This document shows, piece after piece, positions 37,212 to 47,300 of a stretch of DNA of 64,000 bases. The translations under genes were made by a program, and so were the position numbers. This DNA comes from Geosiphon pyriformis uo1 (taxonomy: Eukaryota; Fungi; Glomeromycota). The stretch lies in the NCBI GenBank assembly GCA_016748015.1, contig JAAOMT010000659.1, positions 62,001-126,000 on the forward strand. The letters are read 5' to 3'. Within the stretch, counting starts at the first letter, position 1. Every line of letters begins with the position of its first letter. The notes under the pieces were generated by a model. That model was not told the DNA's origin. It saw only the letters and a program-made list of their open reading frames with translations, and did not search any database.

Positions 37212-40202
37212 TTACAAAGTTTGAATATTATTTAATTTGTCTAATTCTTCAAAAATATTATTCGGAATTCTTCTATGAGATTTATACTTTTTTATAGCAT
37301 ATTCTACTAATTTTCTATTAAGACCTTTTCTATAAAGATTCATATAACACCAATATTTTCTTGAAAATTGTCTAATAGTTATTAAAAATACTGATTCAAG
37401 ACTTTTAGACACTGTTTTTTGTAATTCTTTCCATGAATAATTGCATTTTTTACATATATATCTTTTAGCAGCTTCCCAATATCTTTCAATAAAATTTAAT
37501 TTGCAATAAAATTTTGGAAAAAAAATGCACTTATGTCCCATACTTTCGATTAATTCTTTAATTGTATTTTTTTGAACAAAAAAATCAGATTCCAAAGATA
37601 TTACTCAACATGCACAACAAAAAACTCTTGAAAAATCTTTGATTTTTTCTTTGCATTTTTGGCATTCTAATACTAATCCTTTTGATGGCCATTTTTCTCA
37701 TTTTATTAATACTTGTTTAATTTTTTTAGGCAATCCTCAAAGTTTTTTATCTGAATATGTTTCTGGAAAGATTATTGATTGTAATTAATTATCTAATCCT
37801 AAAAAAGTATCTTACATTAATAATTGCTTTCCACTTAGACTTAAATTCATTCTGCTTACAATTAAAGTATCTTTACTAAATGCTACATAATTAGAGCTAT
37901 TATTAAAAACAAATACAGCTGTTGTTACTCATAAAAAAAACAGATATAGAAAATAATAGACCAATAAGAAAGTAGTAGTTAGCACATAAGCATATTGCTC
38001 AGCAATGTGAAGTGATATTAGAAAATTAGGGCACATTGCTCAACAATGTGAATATTGCTCAAGAAATCATAGCACATTGCTTGGGAATGTAAGCAATCTT
38101 ATAGAACATCAATTATGTATATATAGCAGTAGCATTAGAAAAAAAAAAGACAAACCTCCCAGTTTAGATTTGATCTGAACAGTCTTTGATATCACAAATA
38201 CTAATAAATAATTATTCACTATCTTAATTTATTTCCACTATTAATACTTCATGTTAATAATAATTAATACTTAACCATACTGAAACAATAGCTTTTGATT
38301 ACAGCTATTAATGGAATATTAATCTTTATTGCCTTGGCTTATTCTTTTAATTTTCTTTATTTTCTGTTATTTTTTTTGTTATTTCTGTTGTTTTCGAATT
38401 ACTAAAAGATTTAAAGTGCTGAGTTATTAATATTAGAATATAGCACTGATAAAAGACCCAAGAATAAAAGTAGACACTCAGATTTGAAGATAGCTTATCA
38501 GGAGATTGCCAGCTATTATACCAAGAAAAAAATTGACGGAATTGCAATTCCAAAAGTAATAGACAACAACTACTTAATTTGTAGGTTGACATATAAAACA
38601 TCATTAAAGAAAAACCACCTTAAAACCTCTGTCCATTATACAAAAAACTCCATTAAAATTTTCAGATAATCAAAACTCTCAAATATTACTAATGAAAAGA
38701 AATATCAAGCACCAAGTTACAGTTTGTTATTTGACTTAAGACACCAAATAAACATCTGTAATACTGTACAATCTGAATATAATTTCTCAAAAATTGGAAT
38801 TGCTTTATATTTAATTTGTTTAAAAAGATAGTCTGTTATCCAATAACTATCTTGATTTATACCAGATTGCAAATAGCATCTTGCCTCTTCTGGTATATTA
38901 AAATAATTTTTTATATTATTTTGTTGTAAATATAAATGTCCATTAATTTCAGTTAAAAATTTACTGACCATAATTAATCTTCTATTTCCTTTTTTTCTTA
39001 GTGGCAAATTTTCATGCTCAGCCCATATGCTATACTTGCCATTATTTGAATAAAAAATGCATTTATTATAGATTACAAGAACTTTTTTTTTTCTATTAAG
39101 TAAGTTAGAACATATTTGATCCATAAATTCATCTTTATATTTTGACATATATTTTTTATGCTCATATATTTTTTCTAAAAATTTTTTTCAAAATTACAAG
39201 ACATTATTTTTTTCATGTTTATTATAATATAAGTCTTAATAATATTGTTAAAATAAATAACTAAGAATTTTGAGTCATCTTACTGCAGTTATAAAACTAA
39301 TTGTTTTTATTATTATTATTCTAATATTAAAAAACAATTTATGTTTGATGAATTTTTTAAATATGATTGAAGTGGCATTGAAGTTTTGGTTTCTAATTCA
39401 AATATAACATCTTTTTGCAATGTTTTAATCATCAATTATTCTATTTGTTTTTTGGTGTTTTCTATGTTTTAATGTTAGAAACTTATTATTAAGCAACCAA
39501 TACTTTGCAAAATATCAAATTTTTTGTGCTTTTTATATACTACTATTAATAAAAATCTTTTGGGCAATTTTCAAACTGGCATTAAATTTTTTATATTCAT
39601 TATTATCATTTAACAAAGTAAGATATTCAAAAATAACTCTTTTTTAATTATATTTGAAAACAATTAACTGAACATGTTGTTTTTCTAAATGTTTTTTTAA
39701 CTTTTGCTTTTTTTTTATTTGATTAGCATACAGATCAATTTTACTTTTTGAATTGCTTAAAGATTCATTAGATTTAGACTATTATAAGTCTGTAGTTTAA
39801 GCATCACTAATATTAAAGAAAGTGATAATTTTTTTAGTTCTGGCTGCTGCTTTAATAAATAAACTATTTGGTCTATATTTATTATAATAGGTTAACTTTG
39901 GTATTTTTTTATTATGTAAAAGCCTTACTTTTTTTTTTTAGATAATTGTTATTTTTCTATACTAAACTGAGTTTTTTTAATTTTGTATTTATTCTAATTG
40001 TGGTTTTTATATCTTCTATATCATTCCATCTACTGTTATTATTGTTGTTTTACTTTCTATTACAAACATTCAGTCTGTTAAATTTATTTACTTCAATATT
40101 ATGATCATTTATTGAAGTGGTATAATATGTTTTTTTATATAATTTTTTTGTATTTCTAACTTGATCTTTAGCTTTTTTTTTTTCTTTAAAATGAAGTGGC
40201 AT
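37212..40202 (-). pseudogene. Decayed IS630/Tc1/mariner-like DDE transposase, interrupted by a solo LTR
   Basis: Motifs VIYNKCIFYSNNG (HDE-type), LRKKGNRRLIMVS, AVFVFNNSSN, CQKC..CCAC, FFPKFYCKLNFIERYW, KKYKSHRRI. Probable ATG at 40202. Confidence 0.8.
37923..38763 (+). repeat. Solo LTR type A1 inserted in the transposase
   Basis: TGTTACTC..GTAATA ends; perfect TSD CTGT. Confidence 0.93.
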
Positions 40203-41549
40203 TTTTTTATGTAATGTGATATTAATCTAATATGTAATTAATGCTTAGACAAAATTAAAGAATTTGAACCATGTAATGTTGTACAACAAAATTGTATTAC
40301 AATAGAAATAGTGTTTTTAACTCAGATATATATCTATTCTTTAAATTTTTTTAGTTCCAATTTAAACTTTAATTTCTGTTTTGTAGTTTTGAATAAAAAA
40401 CAATCAAAAAAAGCTCTTTTAAAATTTATCAAAAAAAAATTTTTATTGAATTAAGAAGATTATTTGAGTCGAAAATTCAAGTAATATTAATAAAAATAGT
40501 TATCATAAAAACTTTTTTGACTTATAACAAGAAATTTGGACAAAAAAGTCTAACATTAACAATTAAACAATCAACTTAAAAGAAACTCAATTTTTAAATT
40601 GAAGCTGATTTTTCAAAGCTGATAAAAGATTTATTGCATATAATTATTAATCAAAAAAATAATAGGTAAGGATATTTGAAATAGATTTCAATTTTAATAT
40701 TACAGCTTAGTTGTAATCTTTCATTTTCATATTCAATAGTTAACAATATGCCGAATTATTTAAAAATTTTGTCCAAAATATTATATTATTATAATGTGAA
40801 TACTTATTTTGAATTTACAAATAACTTTTCAATGACTATAATGTTGCATTTCAAAGAATTGCTTGGATCTAAGAGATATACAAAATTCTCTATAATAAAA
40901 GTTTCTGGTTAAATTTAATATTTGAATGATAAATTATACCAAAGAGAAATATAATGACTAAAATATCTATTATATATTCGACTAAATCATGATCTAATTT
41001 TAAAATTGGTTTTTTAGGCTGTAAAAAAATTTTGATTGTTGAATATTTCAACAACTTATTAGAATGTAATATATAATAGCTTATCACAATAATCAAGAAA
41101 CTTATATTAGTTAGTGTTAATTTAGGAGAATTAGGTTGAAATTAAAAAATTTTTGGCTTTATTTTGATTGAAAGAACTGAAGTTGTCTTAAAGCCCATAA
41201 TTTTGAATAGCTTTTTTTATTAGTGTTGTATATTTTCTAATAAGTTTATTTTAATGCAAAAAATATATGAAATATATTAGTTTAAGTAAATAAAACCCAG
41301 ATTTTTTTGTAAAAACCTAATAAACTTCTCACTTATAAGAATTTGACATCTTTGAAAATGCATAAATTATCATTAAAATACATGGCATTTTCAAAATTAA
41401 TTGCAAGTTCTGATTGAATTTATAAATAAATGATATTTTTTTCGAATTTTCTACTAATATAATGTAAAAAACATATGCTAAGTATTAAATAACCAATGAA
41501 AAAGAAATGCATAGTACCAACTTCAATTATGTTTAAAAATCTTGGTTTT

Positions 41550-43342
41550 TTGATTACATCATAATATTCTGGATATTTTTTTTTGGACAGTAAATCTATA
41601 AATAATTCGGCATATTGTTAACTATTGAATATGAAAATGAAAGATTACAACTAAGCTGTAATACTAAAATTGAAATTTATCTCAAATATTCTTATCTATT
41701 ATTTTTTTGATTAATAATTATATGCAATAAATTTTTTATCAGCTTTGAGAAATCAGCTTTAATTTGAAAATTGGGTTTCTTTAAAGTTGGTTGTTTAATT
41801 GTCAATGTTAGATTTTTTTGCCCAAATTTCTTGTCATAAGTCAAAGAAGTTTTTGTGGTAACTATTTTTATTGATGTTACTTGAATTTTCAGCTCAAATA
41901 ATCTCCCCAATCTCAATAAAAATTTTTTTTTGATGAATTCCAAAGGAGCTTTTTTTGATTGTTTTTTATTCAAAACTACAAAACAGAAATTAAAGTTTAA
42001 ATTGGAACCAAAAAAATTTAAAGAATAAATATATACCTGAAATAAAAACACTATTTCTATTGTAATACAATTTTTTTGTACAACATTACATGGTTCAAAT
42101 TCTTTAATTTTGCCCAAACACTAATTACATATTAGATTAAAATTACATCAAATAAAAAAATGCCACTTTATTCTAAAGAAAAAAAAATAGCAAAAAATCA
42201 AGTTAGAAATACAAAAAGATTATATAAAAAAACACATTATACCACTTTAATAAATGATCATAATATTAAAGTAAATGAATTTAACAGACTGTATGTTAGT
42301 AATAAAGAGTGGGGCAACAATAATAACAGTAAATAAGATGATATAGAAAATATAAAAACTGTAATTAGAATAAATACAAAATTAAAAAAACTCAGTTTAG
42401 TATAAAAAAATGACAATTATCTAAAAAAAAGAAGTAAAGTCCTTACATAATAAAAAAATATCAAAGTCAACCTATTATAATAAATATGAACCAAATAGTT
42501 TATTCACCAAAACAACAGCTGGAACTAAAAAAATTACTACTTTCTTTAATATTAGTAATGCTTAAACTACAGATTTACAATGATTTAAATCTAATAAATC
42601 TTTAAGCAATTCAAAAAGTAAGATTAATCTGTATGCTAATCAAATAAAAAAAGAACAAGAATTAAAAAAACATTTAGAAAAACAACATGCTTAATTAACT
42701 CTCTTCAAATATAATCAAAAAAAAGTTATTTTTGAATATTTTACTTTATTAAATGATAATAATAAACATAAAAAAATTAATGTTAGTTTGAAAATTACAC
42801 AGAAGGTTTTTATTAATAATAGTATATGAAAAGCACAAAAAATTTAATATTTTGCAAAGTATTAGTTGGTTAATAATAAGCTTCTAACATCAAAACATAG
42901 AAAACACTAAAAAACAATTAGAATAATTAATGTCATATTTGAATTAAAAAGCAAAACTTCAATATCACTCCAATCACATTTAAAAAATTTATTGAGCATA
43001 AATTGTTTCCTAATATTGAAATAATAAAAGAAAAAACTATTAGTCTTATAACTGCAGTAAGATGGCTCAAAATTCTTAGTTATTTATTACAACAACATCA
43101 TTAAGACTTATATTATAATGAACATAAATAAAATGATGTCTTGTAATTTTGAAAAATATTTTTTGAAAAAATATATAAGCATAAAAAATATATGTTAAAG
43201 TATAAAAATGAATTTATAGATCAAATATGTACTAACTTACTTAATAGAAAGAAAGAAAGAGTTCTTGTAGTCCATAATAAATGTATTTTTTATTCAAATA
43301 ATAGCAAACATAGCATATGGGCTGAGCATAAAAATTTGTCAC
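41550..43342 (+). mobile_element. Second, inverted and truncated copy of the DDE transposon (5' part)
   Basis: Reverse complement of ~39001-40800, with a small internal deletion; ATG 42160; ORF 43192 LVVHNKCIFYSN; cut by an LTR at 43343. Confidence 0.88.
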
Positions 43343-44271
43343 TATTACTCATAAGAAAAACATATAAAAAAAATAGAAAGAAAACAGATAGACCAATATT
43401 ACTTATAGAAATATAGAGAATATATATATTAGCATAGTTATTAACCAATCAGAAGTAGACGTAGTAAAATGTGGAATTTCAGGATTTTTCTCAAGAATTG
43501 CAGGATTCCAGAAATTACAGGATTCTCACAAGGAATCACAGGATTCCAGAATTCCAGAATTCCTCTCAAAGAAATTGCAGAATTCCAGGAATTCCAGAAT
43601 TCCTGTAGTGAAAAATTAAGGAATTGAGGAATCTCAATTATGTATATATAGCAGTAGGATTAGAAGCTAAAAAGACAGACCTCTTAGTTTAGATTTCATT
43701 TAGACAACTTTCCAAACCACAAATAAATAACTGTTTGTTATCTCAAACCCACTGCCACTATCAACACTTTATGTTGATAGTAATTGATACTTAACTATAC
43801 TGGAACAATAGCTCTTGATCATGGTTATTGATGGAATACTAACTTGCAAATTGCCTTGGCTTATTTCTTTTTTTTCTTTATTTTCTTTTTTTTTCTTTAT
43901 TTCTTGTCTTGATTTTATTGTTGTTTACTAACTCTATTGAGAATTAATGTGTGAGGTACTAATGTCAGAATAAACATGACTGGTAAAAGACCCAGAAATA
44001 AGGGTAGAACACTCGATTGAGGATAGCTTACCAGAAAAAATACCGGCCATCAAGCTGAGAAAAAAATTGACAAAACTGCGGTTTCAAAAAGCTACAGATA
44101 AAACTATTACCATTGAATCTCTGTTTATTATACAAAGAACTCAACTAAACTCTTTAGATACAAATCTTTCAGACATAAATCTTCAGATTACTATCAACTG
44201 CAACTAGAGTTGAGCACCAAGTTATGGGTTTGTTATCTAATCCAACACCAAAACTAGTCACCTGTAACATT

Positions 44272-44288
44272 TGGTGCTCCTTGTGAAG
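44272..44288 (+). promoter_or_regulatory. Primer binding site, tRNA-Met(elongator)- or Ile(UAU)-like
   Basis: TGG-T-GCTCCTT-GTGAA-G, 2 nt after the LTR; consensus with 54115, 18330, 30801 and 31850 is TGGTGCTCYCTGTGAGG, i.e. the complement of CCA, discriminator, acceptor stem and T-stem. Confidence 0.85.
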
Positions 44289-44328
44289 TATAATCCTACA
44301 AAGAACCAGCACCAACACAAATCTAAAA

Positions 44329-47300
44329 GTCACAGAATCAGAAAACATAGGAGCAAACCATCTAGGATTCGCAAAATCCTTATTTCAACACTACTGTCAA
44401 CATTTGGGATTAAATTACAACCACATATTAGCAGAATTAGTTTCAATTTCTATTTCAATAAAAGAATTGCCTATTTGTTAGGAACACCAGTAAATATCAA
44501 ATCGGCAAGAGAAGCCTTTTACAGTAAATTAATTCAAAATACCAATCTGCCAACAAATCACAATTTCGCCTCCATCATTATGGAAATCAACAAAGAAATT
44601 GAACACCACACACAGCAAAAATACCCCATTACTTACGCAAGCAAAGGCAAAAGAAAACTGCAAATACCAACAGTAACATCCAAAAGAATACAACCACCTA
44701 CTTGGAAGAAAACAAGAGTTGAATCCCTAATTAATCTATCATATTACTATATACCCAGAAGCACCATTAATATTACATCTACTGGCGTGACCACATCAAA
44801 CATAACATCAGCATTTGGATGATTTCCATTCCAAAGTAAACAAAAGAAAGCAGAGTTATTAGGACCATATGGCACATATTTTAAAGGATTTAACTCATAA
44901 TCATCAATGCCATCAAGACTCCAATCACTACCGTTTTCCTCAGATTTCGGAATTTTTGATCTGTGGAAAGTAATGGAATCAGAAGAAGAGGAAGAAGAAG
45001 AAGCTAAAAATCAAGAATTTACTTACCAGAACCTGATCACTGAAAACCCGGAATTTGAAACCCCGAATCTTCAAATCCAGCAAAATCTAAACCCAGAAAA
45101 TCTGGAAATTGAAACTCTGAACATTCAGACACCACCAACTCAGGATAATCGAAACCCCAATTTAATAAATCAACAAAACTTACCTCCAGTAATCATTATC
45201 AATCAACCACCAATTAATTCAATAGCTGAACCCATATAACCGTCACTTTAAATACCACCCCAACAACCCATGCAACAACAACCACTTCAACTACCACCAC
45301 AACAGCCCAACTTAGATCTAATGGCCTATGCACCAATCACAAAACTTGACAATTTTACCAGTGAAGAAGACGACACCTAAATATGGCTCAATGATGTTGA
45401 AAAAGCCATAGTAGCCAATGAATAGAACAATGGTAGAGCTCTTCAAGTGATCCCCTATTTTTTCAAAGATACTGCCGACTCATGGTATCAGAGCCTAGCT
45501 GCCAAACCACAAATCTTTAATGAGTTCAAAACAGAATTCTTGAGATACTTTAGTAATAACAATAATATCAATCACTTGACCAACACATTCACTACCATTA
45601 AACAAGAGGACACAGAAGCAGTCACCACTTACTTGGAACACTTCTATAGAAATCTGCGCCAAATTCAGGCAATCCAAGCTGATTACTTTACAGCATCACA
45701 GATCTTGAACCAGTTCATCAGAGGATTGCACAGTAGCATCCTTCAGCAAATACGTTTAATGCATCCAGTTGACCTCCCAACCACCATCACCCATGCCAGA
45801 GATTTTGAAGCAGCCGAGCTAAAAGCCAACCATGCCCAAGCTGTAAATTTAGTGATGAACAGATTATCTGACTTGGATTCCAAACTGAAACAATTCAGTG
45901 ATACAATCAATCAGAAACTTGAGGGATACTTAGCTGACAATCATGCAATCTATCAACCACTACAATGACACAATAATTCAGAAAACATGAATTGTTTCCA
46001 AAATCAGTCGTATCTATCAACATTATCATCATTATCATTACCCAATCAGCCATGGCAGCCAGAAATGCATGTTTGCCACAATTGTGGTAAACAAGATCAC
46101 ATTAGAGCTGACTGTCAATTTTATAGCAACAATCTATGATTAGGAAATTAATATTGAAACCCTGATTGCAGATTTTAGACTCAGAATCACTACCCAAATC
46201 AAGACCAATATCAAACCACTTACCTGCCAATAATGCAGCAACCAATCTATCAACCACCAGTATATCAATTTCCAATTTATCAACTGTAGCCACCAGTAAT
46301 TTATCAGCCACAGCCCCAAATAATTTATTAGTCCCAACAACCAATTCAAACACCACTCCAAAACCCCACTCAAATGACATCAGAAAACCCAAGACCTAGA
46401 ATCACTCAAAACTGGAGATCAGTGATAGTTGTTTATCAACCAATTCCCAGCTTCTCTAACCAACTATTAGGCTCTCAACAGTGGAATTTGGGTACCAGTT
46501 TCACCCAAAACCCAAATTCTCAGAACTATTTAAGTCTTCTGGTTACCCCAGAAGATGCCACTACCAACAACTCGGAATTCAACCCACCCCAAACAACACT
46601 CACCAACAATATTTTACCAGCAATGATCACCGAAAATGAATCTCTCGCAGCTATCTTTCCTTTCAAATTGGAGGAAACCATCAACCCATCTTTGTTTAGT
46701 GAAGCAGCACTCAAAGAAAAACTCATCACTGCAATATACACTGATGCGAAAGTTGATGGTCACTCCATCAAACTAATCCTAGATAGTGGATCAGCTGGCA
46801 GCATCATCACAAGACAACTTATGGATCAATTAAGTCACCAAGTTGATTGTACTGCCAGCACCAGGATTATTACAGCCAATAGAGCAACCAAAACACCCAT
46901 TGGAAAGATTAATGATTTTCCCATAGAAGTCAATGACATTATAATACCAATCAAAATACTCGTCATGGAAGCCACTCAATACCAAGCACTTGTTGGGAAT
47001 TACTGGCTGTCCAAAACCAACATAATCCTAGATTGGAACACCCAAGAGCTCCAGCTTAGCCAGAATGGTCAACACACACAGGTACTAGTCATGTGTGGCC
47101 ACTTCAAGCCCATTACCATGCCATCAAGACCACTTATCGAATTTGAGAAAAAAAAAGTGAAACCCATCTGGAAAGTGTACCAAGTCTCATGGGCTGATGT
47201 CGATCACAATGAACTGCTGCCAATACTCATTTGAAACAACAACGACAACAAAAAGAAGAAACAAAGAGAAGAACCTACCTGGGAAGCCACCATTGATGCT

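Noticed and set aside
40890-41096. Host gene in the spacer between the inverted transposons
   Set aside because: Short, no ATG start, no recognisable motif.
46166-46399. Programmed gag-pol frameshift
   Set aside because: The Q/P-rich gag frame continues into protease once transition stops are restored; the S/T/N-rich ORF is a shadow frame.
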